DNA of 64,000 bases from the human T2T-CHM13v2.0 reference genome, Homo sapiens (GCF_009914755.1 NC_060946.1); one strand, 5' to 3'. Counted from the stretch's first letter, positions 14,494 to 27,950 are shown. Numbers and translations: made by a program. The notes: a model not told the origin generated them from the letters alone.

Positions 14494-14713
14494 ACAATGA
14501 GAACACATGGACACAGGGAGGGGAACATCACACACTGGGGCCTGTTGGGGGGTGGGGGCAGGGAGAGGGATAGCATTAGGAGAAATGCCTAATATAGGTG
14601 ATGGGTTGATGGGTGCAGCAAACCACTGCAGAATATATATACCTATGTAACAAACCTGCACGTTCTGCACATGTACCCCAGAACTTAAAGTATAATTTTA
14701 AAAAGTAGGTTAA

Positions 14714-15870
14714 AAAATTATTACAGACACAGTCTGATGCAAATCTTTGACTTGGCTAGCTTCAAGGCTCTTAAAAGATTCCTTATTAAAAATTTCCAAC
14801 AAGGCCAATTTTAAGAAGCCTATATGGCCAATAAATATTCTTGCTGCCCTTTATGGAAATAATCAGGCCCGGTATGATAAGACTAAAACTTATTTTGCAT
14901 ACAAAATTGGTCCTACTATGATTTGTCTTTGATAAAATGATGCACTAGAGAGAAAATTTATGTTCCAAAAGAAAACTATGACATATGCTATTAGATTCCA
15001 ACCCTGATCATTGTTTTAGAGTTTTTATTATTTGCCTATAATTTGGGCTGAATCCTGAATTATTTCCTGGCTCCAAGTGTTCCCTAGTGAATCTGAATAT
15101 AATATATTTTTTAAAACTTGTTTTATCCTGTCAGGAATGAGATGTATTTTTGAAGGACTACTTAAACTAGCAATTACAATTCGATTATTATGATTATAGA
15201 ATCTCGGGATTTCTCTTCCTTCTTGTCAAGGTCTTTACCTGATGTTTGTCTCATTAAAAAAAAAATGAGACTGATTACACTCTACTCAAGACTGAAGACA
15301 TGTACTTTAACCTGTCTCTGTTACCAGTAAACCAAAGCCTTAACTTTCAGAGTCTGTCAGGGACCCTGTGTGGTTCCTGGATCAACCACCCATGGGCTTA
15401 TGAATGTGTTGACCGCTGGCATATGAGAAGTAATTGTCTATTAGTTTATGTGACTTTTCCTCTTTCTATTTATAACTCCAATGTTTCTGAACACTGAAGT
15501 AGTTCATCGAAATTACTTTCCAGGATTAGACAAACCATACCTGCAAACCAAGGAGGTGAATTTTGGCCAATGTTTGGCAGAAGTCACTTGCAATGGTGGG
15601 GAGTAACCTCTCATGAACGTATAATTAGAAATCTGTCAACCACTCTAGGTAAATTAGCGAATGAACTAGCTGAAGCCATAGCTACCAAACAAAGATCTTT
15701 AGACGCTTTAGCCAGGATAGTCATCGATGACGGAATAACTTTAGGCTGCATAGTGGTGAAACAGGGAGAAACTTATATGGCAGCTAGCTAACACATCATG
15801 TTGTGTTTAGATCCATACATCTTCTGAAGTTGAAACACATGTAAAAAAATAAGACGATATGAGAATTAAT
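14714..15870 (+). mobile_element. ERV1 internal sequence, 3' part
   Basis: Continues the pre-L1 sequence after the TSD and contains the env-TM remnant. Confidence 0.6.
15570..15830 (+). pseudogene. env: Degenerate ERV env transmembrane-subunit remnant (heptad repeat, immunosuppressive domain, TSCC)
   Basis: IRNLSTTLGKLANELAEAIATKQRSLDALARIVIDDGITLGCIVVKQG resembles the gamma-type ISD region (SLARVVLDNRIALDYLLAEQGG). It is followed, after a frameshift, by ACA TCA TGT TGT (TSCC). Confidence 0.7.
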
Positions 15871-15879
15871 TATGACAAA

Positions 15880-16416
15880 TCCTAGGAAAGAGGCTGAAAG
15901 AGCTGTAACACAAACAGGGCTGAGTCATGCCCCTTGCTTCCCACATTGTGGGCAAAGAGAAGGAAACAAGAGCTGTGACCCTTTGGGAAGCCCAGACCTG
16001 GGAGCTCCCCGAGCCAGGGCTGTGATTCCCTCTTTGGGGCCCTGTGGTTCCTGGTATCTCCAAGCTTCCGGGTGCCACTGTGTTCCCAGTGTGCCAGCTG
16101 CGGAAGCTGCTTGCGGTGCCCGTGGTCCAGCCACAGACTTGTGGAGAGCTGGCACCCATGTTGGCACCTGGAGCTACCTGCCCCACTGCAGCAGCCAGGA
16201 AGTCTGACTGCACAGTGGCCAGACCCCATGCTTGCTCACACACCCCTTGCCACTCCACGCAGTCTCCCTTGGCAAACATGGGATCCAACCTGGTAGCATG
16301 AGCTGAGCACAGCCTGCCAGGCTGAGTGGGCGGGACCCAAGCAAAACTCAGGTAAAGGTGCCACCAGCCATAGAGGTTTCTGTCCAGAAAAGTGACACTC
16401 CAAAGATCCCGTAACA
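15880..16416 (+). mobile_element. MER52-like LTR, 3' portion
   Basis: GC-rich LTR ending CAAAGATCCCGTAACA; same family as the reverse copy at 32610-33863. Confidence 0.75.
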
Positions 16417-17065
16417 CCGCTACTCTTCCCAGCCTCTGGAAACTCTCAGTCTACTCTCCATCTTGATGAGTTCAATTGTTTTAATTTTTAGCTCCCACAA
16501 ATGTGTGAGAACATGCAAAGTCTTTCTGTGCCTGGCTCATTGTACTTAACATAATGTTCCCTAGTTCCATCCACGTTGTTGCAAGTGACAGAATCTTATT
16601 CTTTTTCATGGCTGAAGAGTACTCCATTGTGTACATGTACTACATTTTCTTTATCCCTTCATCTGTTGATGCACACTTAGGTTGCTTCCAAATCTTGGCT
16701 ATTATGAATAGTGCTGAAATAAATATGGGAATGCAGATATCTCGTTCATATACTAATTTTCCCTCCCTTGGGTATATACCCAGCAGTGGGATTGCTGTAT
16801 CATATGATAGTTCTATTTTTAATTTTTTGAGGGACCTCCATATTGTTCTCCATAGTGAATGTACTAATTTACATTCCCACCAACAGAGTAAGAGGGTTCT
16901 CTTTTCCCTACATTCTTGCAAGCATTTGTTATTGCCTGTCTTTTGCATAAAAGCCATTTTAATGGGGGTAAGATGATATCTTATTGTAGTTTTGATTTGA
17001 ATTTCTCTGATGATCAGTGATATTGAGCATCTTTTCATATACCTATTTGACATTTATATATCTTC

Positions 17066-17355
17066 TTTTTTGTTTTTGCTCATTTTTTGAGACAGTGTCT
17101 CACTCTGTCACCCAGGCTGGAGTGCAGTGGTATAATGATGGCTTACTGTAGTTATGACTACCAGGGTTCAAGCAATCCTCCCACCTCAGCCTCCTGAGTA
17201 GCTGGGACCACAGGCATGCATCACCATGCCCAGGTAGGTTTTAAAATTATTTGCTATGTTTTTCAGGTTGGTCTTGAACTCCTGGGCTCAAGTGGTCCAA
17301 CTGTCTTGGCTCCCCAAAATGCTGGAATTACAGGTGTGAGCCACTGCACCTGACC
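17066..17355 (-). mobile_element. Alu (AluJ-like)
   Basis: Reverse Alu nested in the L1. Confidence 0.88.
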
Positions 17356-17782
17356 TGCATGCCTTCTTTTGAGAAATGTCTGTTCAGATTTTTTGCCCAT
17401 TTAAATAATTGGATTATTAGTTTTTTTCTTATAGAGTTGTTTGAACTCCTTATATATTCTGGTTATTAATCCCTTGTCAGATATATAGTTTGCAAATATT
17501 TTCTTCCATTCTGTGGATTGTCTTTTCACTTTGTCCATTGTTTTCTTTACTATGCAGAAAATTTTGAACTTCATGTGATACCATTTGTTCATTTTTGCTT
17601 TGGTTGCCTGAGCTTTTGGAGTAATTACTCAAGAAATCTGTGCCCAGACCAATTTCCTGGAGAGTTTCCCTAATGTTTTCTTTCAGTAGTTTCTTGTCCT
17701 TGATTTAAGTCTTTAACCCATTTGGATTGGATTTTTGTATATAGCACAAGAGAGAGTTCTAGTTTAATTATTCTGCCAATGA

Positions 17783-18038
17783 CTTTGGGAGGCTGAGGTG
17801 GGCAGATCATGAGGGCAGGATATCAAGAACATCCTGGCTAACACGGTGAAACTCCGTCTCTACTAAAAATACAAAAAAAAATAGCTGGGCATGGTGGGGG
17901 CACTTGTACTCCCAGCTACTTGGGAGGCTGAGGAGGAGAATGGTGTGAACCCGGGAGGTGGAACTTGCAGTGAGCCCAGATCGTGCCACTGCACTGCAGC
18001 CAGAGCAACAGAGTTAGACTCCATCTCAAAAAAAAAAA
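17783..18038 (+). mobile_element. Alu (AluY/Sc-like), 5'-truncated
   Basis: TSD ATTCTGCCAATGA at 17770-17782 and 18039-18051. Confidence 0.93.
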
Positions 18039-19356
18039 ATTCTGCCAATGAATATCTAGTTTTCCCAGCACAATTTGGTGAAGAGACTGTCCTCTCCCCC
18101 ATGTATATTCTTGGCACCTTCATTGAAAATGAGTTAGTTGTAAATGTAAGGATTTATTTCTGGGTTCTCTATTCTGTTCCATTGGTCTATGTGTCTGTTT
18201 TATGCCAGTATCATGCTGTTTAGCTTACAATTGCTCTGTAGTATAATTTAACGTCAGGTGATGTGATTCTTCCAGTTTTGTTCTTTTTGCTATGGATGGC
18301 TTTGGGTATTCTGGGTCTTTTATGATTTCATATAAATTTTAGGATTTTTTTTCTGTTTCTGTGAAGAATGTTATTAGTATTTCAATAGGGATTGCATTGG
18401 GTCTGTAGATTGCTTTGTGAAGTATGTGTATTTTAACAATATTTACTCTTCCAATCAATGAACATGGACTATCTTTCAATTTTTTTTTTTTTGGTGTCTT
18501 CTTTAATTTTTTTGCATTGGTGTTCTATAGTTTTCATCGTAGAGATCTTTCACTTCTTTTGTTACATTTATTCCTAGATATTTTATTTTATTTGTAGCTA
18601 TTGTAAATGGGATTACGTTCTTGATTTTCTTCTTTAGATTGTTCAGTTTTGGCATTTAGAAATGTTACTGATTTTTGCATTTTGATTTTGTATCGTGTGA
18701 CTCTGAATTTGTTGATCAGTTCTGATAATTTTTTGGTGGAGTTCTTAGGTTTTTCCAAATATAAGATCAAATCACCTGCAAACAAGAAAACAATAATAAT
18801 TTTACTTCTTTCAATTTGGATGCCCTTTACCGTTTTTCAATTTTCTTGATTGCTCTAGCTAGGACTTCCAGTACTATGTTGAGTAACATTGTTGGAAGTG
18901 GACATTCTTGCCTTGTTCCAGATCTTAGAAGAAAGGCTTTCAGGTTATCTCTGTTCAGAATGATACTGGCTGAGGGTTTGTTGCATATGGTTTTTATTGT
19001 GTTGTGGTATGTTCCTTCTAAATCTAGTTTTTTTGGGGGTTTCTTTTTATCACAGGGAAGTTGGATTTTATTAAATGCTTTTCAGCATCAATTGAAATTA
19101 CCATATGTTTTTTGTCCTTCATTCTGTTGATATGATGTGTCACATTGATTGATTTGCATATGTTGAACCATGTTGGCATCCTTGGGATGAATCCCACTTA
19201 GACACGATGAATGGTCTTTTTCATAGAATGATTTTGGAAATATTACAGACTTCTCTGTTTTTTGGAATAGTTTGAGTAGGATTGATAGTAATTCTTCCTT
19301 CAGTGTTTGGTAAAATTAATCAGTGAAGCCATTGGATCCAGGCTTTTCTTTGCTAG

Positions 19357-19723
<367 letters not shown>

Positions 19724-20144
19724 ATTACTTGCAGGCTTTTCAATTTATTGGAATATAGTTGGTCATAATAGTTTCTAATGATTACTTGAATTTCTGCAGT
19801 ATCAGTTGCAGTGTCTCCTTTTTAATCTCTGGTTTTATGTATTTGAGTCTTCTCTCTTTTCTCTTAGTCTGGCTAAATGTTTGTTGATTTTGTTGATCTT
19901 TTAAAAAAATATTAACTTTTCATTTGATTGATATTTTATATTTTTAAATTTCAATTTCATTTATTTCTGCTCTGATCGTTGTTATGTTTCCTTCTACTAA
20001 TTTTGGTTTTGGTTTGCTCTTGCTTTTCTAACTATTTAAGATGTATTATTAGGTTGTTTATTTGAAGTTTTTCTACTTTCTTTGATGTAGGTGCTTTTTG
20101 CTATAAACTTACTCCTTAGTACTGTTTTTACTGTATCCCATAGG

Positions 20145-20462
20145 TTTGTTTTTTGTTTTTTTGTTTTTGTTTATTTTTGGAGACAGACTCTCTCTCTGTT
20201 GCTCAGGCTGGAGTGCAGTGGTGCAATCTTGGCTTACTACAAGCTCTGCCTTCTGGGTTCATGCCATTCTCCTGCCTCAGCCGAGTAGCTGGGACTACAG
20301 GTGCCCACCACCATGCCCAGCTAATTTTTGGTTTTTGTATTTTTAGTAGAGACGGGGTTTCACCGTGTTAGCCAGGATGGTCTCGATCTCCTGACCTTGT
20401 GATCCACCCGACTCGGCCTCCCAAAGTGCTGGGATTACAGGCATGAGCCACTGCGCCTGGCC
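20145..20462 (-). mobile_element. Alu (AluY-like)
   Basis: Reverse Alu with TSD TGTATCCCATAGGTTT on both sides. Confidence 0.93.
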
Positions 20463-20599
20463 TGTATCCCATAGGTTTTGGTTTGACTTTAAAGTTTTTC
20501 TCTTCTCAAAAACTCAGTGTCATGTTACTGGCTTCTAGAGCTTTGGGCAGTGAGACCCTTTTACTTGATAACAGTGGTAGCTGGGACAACTTGGCAATG

Positions 20600-20900
20600 T
20601 AAATAAATAAACGGCATCTAGATTGGAAAGGAAGAAGTACAGTTATCTTTATGTACAGATGACATGATCTTGCATTTAGAAAATCATAAGAAATTTACTA
20701 AAAAGTGTTAGGACTCATGAACAAATTTTGGAATGTAACACTATATAAGATTGGTATACAAAAATAACTGTATTTCTTTACCAAGAAATCAAGAATCCAA
20801 AAATGGGATTACAAAAATAAATCTTGTTACAATATAATTAAAGCTGGGGTAACTTTAACATAAGAAGCTTAAACTTGAACACTGAAAACTACAATGCATG
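20600..20900 (+). mobile_element. Old L1 (L1M) RT fragment
   Basis: GGCATCTAGATTGGAAAGGAAGAAG...ACAGATGACATGATC corresponds to the [19 protein letters not shown] region. Confidence 0.7.
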
Positions 20901-21429
20901 GTTAGTGTTGGAAACACCCAGGTACCATCCCTGAGCCTTCTCTCCTTGGCTCTGAGGACTTTACCTTCACGGGGTGAGGAAAGGGTTTGCATTCTTGGCT
21001 TTTACGTTATAGTAGGTGGGTTCGGGGTGAGGTATCTGCAAGTCAAATGAGTATTACAATCTCTACTTTTATGTATAGGAGACTGGGGCCCACAAAGAGA
21101 GGGAATGACAATCCATATCCTGGAAGGCGAATTGTCAGGCACTGATTTCCCCTATGTAAACCCTGCCAATCATCGTGTATTTAAAGGATCCCCGGATACC
21201 TTACCAATAGGTGTTCAAGAGAGAGGACTGTAATCTAGGTGTCTGAGAAAGCAAGGCTAGAGATTCCAATATTGGAGACAACAGGGCTCTGGGAAGATTA
21301 AGGTTGAGTTTTCTGGATCTGCAAAATAGAGTCACTGAGGAGCAATTGCAAGTTCAGAGGAGATGAAAGAACAAGTCAGCGCATGCTTAGGAAAAGAGAA
21401 AACCAGGGATAGATTTTAGGCAAGAGTCA

Positions 21430-21830
21430 CACTGAGGAAGGGCAGGTTCTTGGCGTCGCTCAGGAAGGAATCCAAAAGCAAGCCTGTGGTGGAATAAAGC
21501 AGCTCTATGGAGGCATTGGCGGTGTTACAGCCCTGCGTCCGCTCCTGCAGGGCAGGGAGCCCTCTGTGGGTTGTGCTCCCAGAGTAGCAGCCTAGGGGTG
21601 GCTTGTAGTCATTTTTATAATTCACTTTTAATGACATGCTAATTAAGGGGCGGGTTACTCAGAAATAGCTAGAAATGGGCAGTAACTTCCAGCTGTTTCC
21701 ATGGCAAGGGGTGGGGACTTCCTGTGTTGCCATGGCACTGGCAAACTGTCATGGCGCTGGTGGGAGCATCTTCTGGTTATCTGAGGCGTGAAGTGCTTTC
21801 GCTGCCTCTCCCAGTTTCCTCTGTGCCTCT
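21430..21830 (-). mobile_element. ERV1 LTR (MER4 group, subfamily uncertain)
   Basis: Reverse strand has an LTR-like U5 (TTCCTTCCTGAGCGACGCCAAGAACC); forward GTCATGGCGCTGGTGGGAG motif is typical of this group. Confidence 0.55.
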
Positions 21831-22398
21831 TACCTGAAAGCCCTTCACACCCCCATCTACCCACCTACAAAGTTCACTGCCCTTTCACCCCACACCCGTT
21901 TCACACGCACTCCCACATCAACCCCAAGCATTCAAGCTGGCAATTTCCCTGTTAGGAACCTCGGTGGTAGCCGGAGCTCTGAAAAACCCCTAGGCAGAAC
22001 TCCTTGCCTAGTTTGTGGCAGAAATCAGGGAAGGAAAGACAAAGTTCAGGTATTTCGCACAATAAATAAATAAAGATAGGTAGATTTGACTGATGGATGG
22101 ATGGATGAAACGTGGGAGTTTATGGGCAAATGTTCATCAGACACTGGAAGTGTAAGTTGTCACAAAGATTATGGAGTGCACTTGTCTTATGACCCTGTTA
22201 TTTTATCCTAGTATATACACTAGAGCAAGTTTTTCTAACTGTGTAAATTGAAAGCTCACAAATTAGCTTCGTGAGAGAAAAGATAACAGATTGGAAGAGA
22301 ATTACCATATTCATTAGTTGTGTTTTTAAAAATTTAAAGTAAAATAGAGACATGATTTTTTTCATGCTTTCGAATGCATCTATAAAAAATAGACTTGA

Positions 22399-22693
<295 letters not shown>

Positions 22694-22879
22694 TTACTCA
22701 TTAACAGCATAGACCAATTGGTTTCTATTGGAATTTCTCCATTATTTTCACAATGTCCCAGGCTGTGAAACCAGGATTTAATAACGAACCAGAATGCCAC
22801 ATCTGTGTCACGTGGGTAGGGACCAGTCCTGATCCATTAAGTCCGGGTCTCCAGGTAACTGGACTCACTGCTGGGCAAA

Positions 22880-23490
22880 ACAGAATGTCCGGCGTGCGTT
22901 CCTAACGGGGGACCGCAGAGCCTCATAGGAAATGTAGTGTCACCTTCCAATGATGTTTACCATCAAGGACCTTGGGAACCAGGTTTTCTCTCTACGCATG
23001 TGCCACCCCGCCCACTTCGCCATTTTCCTCCGGAAGTGCGGATCCCAGCGGTGGTCGTGTAGCTGAGCAGGCCTGGGGCTTGGTTCTATGTCCCTGTGGG
23101 TAGGTGCGAGGGCGAGGAGGAACCTGTGGGCCTCGGGGGATCCCGGGGGGCCAGACCAGTGTTCCCCATTTGTGGGGGCAGACGCGTGGGCGCATCGCGG
23201 GCAGGAGGGGCCTGACGTGCATTTGCGGGCCGTGGACCCTGGCGGGGGCTGGGAGGACAGACGTGGGGTCCCAGCAGTGAAGCGGGTTCCAGAGGCGCAG
23301 GAGTGGGTAGGCGAGGCTGGTGGCCCTGGGCCCGGAGTCTGCAGGCCGCGCTCCTGTCCTGCCACTGAGGGACCCGGTTACCAACCCTCATGTAGCTCAG
23401 TTTGCCCATCTGTTCCCGTGCTAACACACAGTTCTCGGGAGACGTTCCCCATTCCCAGAGGAGTAGTGCGAAATGCGTGTGCCTCTAGTC
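22880..23490 (+). promoter_or_regulatory. CpG-rich TATA-less promoter (GC box, YY1, ETS/GABP, decayed NRF1-like site)
   Basis: The only non-TE CpG-rich patch in the window: CCCCGCCC 23006-23013, CGCCATTTT 23018-23026, CCGGAAGTG 23030-23038, ACGCATGTGC about 22994-23003. Confidence 0.75.
23020..23099 (+). ncRNA. Putative first exon of a lncRNA or transcribed pseudogene (TSS approximate)
   Basis: Donor GTGG|GTAGGT lies just downstream of the YY1/ETS cluster. From memory it resembles 5' exons of the TEKT4P2/MAFIP-type duplicated transcripts (unverified). Confidence 0.55.
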
Positions 23491-24269
23491 TTAAGCTGGG
23501 CGTTTGTATTAGTTGGGTTTCCTGGTGTCTATTTAGCAAGTGAAGTTTCTGGTTCCCTCCTTCACTGTGTGACCTGCCTAGTCCTCCTGGATTGCATTTA
23601 TGGAAGTTTATAGAGACCTAGTTTCCATGGAGGAACTCACTGATTCCGCCAGGGAGATGGGGTACTGGATGATGGTCTTCAGCCTTAAGGGTACTTCAGT
23701 CTTAACTGTGTGTTATAAAGTTTGAAAGGGAGGGTTCCCTAAGAATAAGAAGCGCACTTGAAAGAACAGCCCTGTGGTCTAACCTCTCACTGGTGCTTCA
23801 GAGGAGGATAAAAGGTCGCAGGTGAAGATCCCAGTTTTCCTCGCTCAGGAAATATTAATTCTACTCCCTGGAATGCACAAGATTTGCAAAGACTAGGTGA
23901 TAGTGGAAGGTTTGGAAGAACTTTCAGAAGGTTGAGGTGAATTCAGCTGAGAAGAACAGGCAAGGACCTAGGAAATATTCCTTATTTGAAGGGGCCTGAA
24001 AGTGTGGTCTGGGGTGCAGGAGTGACCTGTCATACTTGAAAAGATTGAAATACTCTCCAAATACAGTCCCATTCCTTCAAACTTACCTTGTTGTTTCCAG
24101 TGTCTGAGATATATTAAACCTAGTCCATCACCAAATATAGCATAGATTGTGAAGTTCTATTGATTGCATTTGATTTGTAATTTAAGACTTTCTCCCCCTA
24201 CATAATTTCGTTAAAAACATTGAATTCTATTCACTTAGGTGTAACAGTTAATATTTGCTGTTTAAGGAA

Positions 24270-24680
24270 CTAATTAAACCTTACTAGCTTATAAAAAACA
24301 ACCACCATTTTATTTGTTTGAAGTTCTGTGGATCTGCATTTTGGTGTGGTGGGTTCAGCTGTGTAGTTGATATATTAGTGTTGCCTGGATCACAAAACAG
24401 GCCTTAGTCACCTGGTGCCTTGACTGAGCCTGGTTGGTTTAAGATAGTTTCCTTCACAATCTGGTGGTTTGTGGTGACTCTTGGCTAGGCCCTGTGTCTC
24501 CAACAGGGTAGCTCCAGACCTCTTCACAATATGACTGTGTCCAAAAAGGCAAGAACCAATGGATATTTGCATCACATTTTCCATTGTCCATTCACTGGAC
24601 AAGTCAGATGGAAAAGCCCAATTTATTGTCAGAGCATAATATGAGGGCTTGGATACAGGGAAAGGTGTTATTGGGAAACA
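24270..24680 (-). mobile_element. MaLR LTR fragment (MLT1-like)
   Basis: GCTTATAAAAAACAACCACCATTTTATTTG...TTCTGTGG pattern typical of reverse MLT1. Confidence 0.5.
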
Positions 24681-25231
24681 TGAGTAGAATCGTGTACTGT
24701 AGGAAATACATATTATGTACATTTTAAAAAACGTAGGCCAAAATTGCTGGGTTGCAAGATGCACTTTCCATGATGTTGAGGTATAGAAAAGCAAGATGTA
24801 CTGTCATGGGAATACTCATATGAAGTTATTTGTGGAATCCACATATTAATAGGAAAATGGTTAATACAGCCCAGTATATTTCTATAACATTTATTTTAGT
24901 GAACTTATAATGTTTCTTTGTATTAAATTATTAGATTATATCTTTAGGTAATATTGTTACTAAATTAGTAGGTAATACATATTTTTATTCAAAAATAAAT
25001 TGTGCATCTAATGTCTACCAATTAATGTACTTGTAGATGTATCTTATCTTAACTTGAGTCTTTGCTGCCACTAATGAGGTGTGAAGGACTCTTCTCCCAT
25101 GGGGAAGTTTTTCTTTTTCCGGAGGGAGGAGGGCTTTTCCAGGTAATGTGTCTAGAGTGTTGGGCAGAAGAATCTGGGACCACACCTCACCAGTTCTCTC
25201 CTTAATCGACGTCATTTGCCTTCTCTTCCAG

Positions 25232-25290
25232 CTATGTTTCCAGTGTCCTCTGGGTGTTTCCAAGAGCAACAAGAAACGAATAAATCTCTG
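25232..25290 (+). ncRNA. Putative 59-bp internal exon
   Basis: Branch-like CTTAAT at 25201, polypyrimidine tract TTTGCCTTCTCTTCCAG|, and consensus donor CTG|GTGAGT. Confidence 0.6.
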
Positions 25291-25682
25291 GTGAGTTGTT
25301 TATTTGTTCTTCACTTTGTTTTACACTGTATTTTCTGAGTTTATGGGTGTCTGTGAATTAAAAAGGAAAAGTGGAAATAAGTAAAACTCAGGTTGAAGGA
25401 AATATACATAAATAAGATAAAGCTGACCTGTAGATATAGACAGGTTATAAAAGCTTAGAGTTGTCTAAGTTGAGTGCAAAGTTTCCTCTGATCTTTCTGA
25501 TGCCGAAACAAAAAAGGCAGTCATGTTTGTTACGTGATTGGAATGGAACCCGAAAAGAGAGCACGCTGTATTCTTGTGGGACAGGAAAGCTTGTGTGCAC
25601 CAAGTCTTAACCACCACCTTCATTGGTGACATAGATTATGTGCTGGAACATATTTCACACCGGTCTGGCAGTAAGCACTTGT

Positions 25683-25892
25683 AGTGTTGTGCAGTGGAAA
25701 CAGTCATCTTCCGCTAAGGCATGACGTGTTGTGCAGTGGAAATGGTCATCTTCCGCTAAAGCATGGCGTGTTGTGCAGTGGAAATGGTCATCTGACGCTA
25801 AAGCACAGCATGTTGTACAGTGGAAATGGTCATCGTCTGCTAAAGCACGGCGTGTTGTGCAGTGGAAATGGTCATCTGCTGCTAAAGCACAG
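25683..25892. repeat. 42-bp minisatellite, about 5 copies
   Basis: Unit GTGTTGTGCAGTGGAAATGGTCATCTTCCGCTAAAGCATGGC; the ORF track shows the matching 14-aa period. Confidence 0.93.
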
Positions 25893-26238
25893 CTTCCATC
25901 ATAAGGTATGCTCCTTGCTCAAAGAGTGTGGTCCCAAACAGCTTTTGGGAGGTCCTCCTTGACTCATGGATGAAACCCGGAACATCTTGAGGACTGAGTT
26001 AACCACAGGTCCTTAAATAACTCTCCACACATTTTTCTTAGTTTATCTCTACATGCAGGGTGTGCAGCAGCCTGTTCAAAGTCATATTTTCTGGGAAATA
26101 TTTTCAGTGTTTATTTGCAATTTAGCCCACTCTGTGTAGTCTTAACTTATTTCTTCTAAACTCACCATTAACCTAAATAATAGTCAAATTTAGGGGGGCT
26201 GTATTTGTCTTACTCGAGTCTTCTACCATAGTTGAAAC

Positions 26239-26844
26239 TGTCGTACCCAAGCGAGTTAGAGAGAAATGCCACACTTTGAGACGAATTCAGGAGTCCTTTA
26301 TTAGCTGGTGACTGAGAGATGGCTAACACAGGAAATACTCTCGGCCCTAAAGAATGGGCTAGATTTTCTTTTATACATTGGTTTAGAGAGGGGAGGGGGG
26401 ATTCCAGCTGCAATAAACTTACAGAAGAAAAAACAGACAAAAAACTTAAAAAGACAGATGGTTACAGGAAAACAAACTGTTCCAGGTGCAGAGGCTTTAA
26501 ATTCACCACAAAGTGATGAGTGAGGGGGCTCTGGGCTTTATCTTCCAGACAAATGTGGGGGCTTTATGATATTATCTCTGAGTAATTTGCTGGGAACTGC
26601 GGACATCACTTGCCTCAGCACTTTATCAGTTAATTGCACTCTTTGATATGTTGAAAATCAGCTTGCACAAGTTAAAGTCCTTGAGGAAAGGGGGTGGGTA
26701 AGGAGCCCTTGATGTCTTGTAAATGAAGGAGCCAAATGGAGTTTGTCTGGTTTTCTCAGCTAAGGGAGAGTCTATTCATATTAAAAACAAGGTTAGCTAT
26801 CTAAGGAAGAGTCTATTCATGTTAATACAACGTTGGGTATTACA
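26239..26844 (-). mobile_element. Solo ERV1 LTR (LTR10-like)
   Basis: TG...CA termini, 4-bp TSD AAAC (26235-26238 / 26845-26848), reverse AATAAA. Family name from memory. Confidence 0.75.
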
Positions 26845-27658
26845 AAACATCTGTTCATGATCTGGAAATTCTTCCGTGTTAGTTCTGTTAAAAGAAAAAC
26901 TTTAAAGGAGTTTAACTGAGCAATAAACGATTCATGAATCGGAAAGTCCCCAGAATCACAGCAGATTCACAGAGACTCCAGCACAGTCATGTGGTGGAAG
27001 AAGATTTGTAGACAAAAGGGAAATGGCATACCGAAATCGGAAGTGAGGTACAGAAACAACTCAGCGTTTGCCTTGTTTGAGCACAGTTTGAACATTTGGC
27101 AGTGCCTGATTGGTTGAAGTTTGGCCATTGGGATTGGCCAAGATGTAGCTGTTGTTTGAGGTGCATACACTCAAGTTAGGTTTTCATTCTTGTTTACCTA
27201 TTAAGGTAGGTTGCAGGTCATCCACAAGGACTCATATATATAATTATGGAGTCCTTCTCAGGACATACTTAGTTCACTTTAACAATGCCTTCCCTTTGGT
27301 TATTTTCTCAATTTTGAGAGATTGGCCAAAACTTCAGTCACTGGTGTCACTATTACCCTTGCAAATGTACTTATTTGGTTTAGAAACCCACTGGGAAATA
27401 GAACAGTGAGATTTGAAAAGGTGGAACAAGGACTTGAGTAGAAGGTGTCTTCTTATGCTGGAACATCCTGTTTACAGGAGAAAAACAAAACCTGGTTTGT
27501 TCTAGGATTTATGTGTTTCCTTAAAGTCTTAGTTTGATTATGTTCCATTTAGCATGAGTGACTCCATTTTGGTTTAGTTTGTTCTGTTGGGACCTATTGC
27601 ATGAGCTTAGTTCAAAACAATGGCCTCCCAGAATTTTGCTTAAAAAATTCCTCCTTTT

Positions 27659-27950
27659 GGCTGGGCACGGTGGCTCATGCCTGTAATCCCAGCACTTTGG
27701 GAGGCCGAGGTGGGCAGATCACGAGATCAGGAGATTGAGACCATCCTTGCTAATACGGCGAAACCTCATCTCTACTAAATACACAAAAAAATAGCCAAGA
27801 ATGCTGGCGGGTGCCTGTAGTCCCAGCTACTCAGGAGGCTGAGGCAGGAGAATGGCCTGAACCCGGGAGGCAGAGCTTGCAGTGAGCCGAGATCATGCCA
27901 CTGCACTCCACTCTGGGGGACAGAGCAAGACTCTGTCTCAGAAAAAGAAA
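27659..27950 (+). mobile_element. Alu (AluY-like)
   Basis: Full dimer with TSD-like AAAT(T/C)CTCCTTTT flanks. Confidence 0.92.

Larger units (their letters stand above)
9421..14713 (+). mobile_element. LINE-1 (L1PA7-like), both ends present, 5'UTR internally deleted
   Basis: Starts GAGAGCTGGCAAGATG.CTGAATAGGAACAGCTCC; ORF1 and ORF2 remnants; L1PA7-type 3'UTR. TSD AAAAGTATTACAG (9408-9420) / AAAATTATTACAG (14714-14726). Confidence 0.93.

Noticed and set aside
22940-23543. Overlapping 113-151-aa ORFs over the CpG-rich patch
   Set aside because: Stop-poor GC-rich sequence gives ORFs in several frames on both strands; no recognisable domain.
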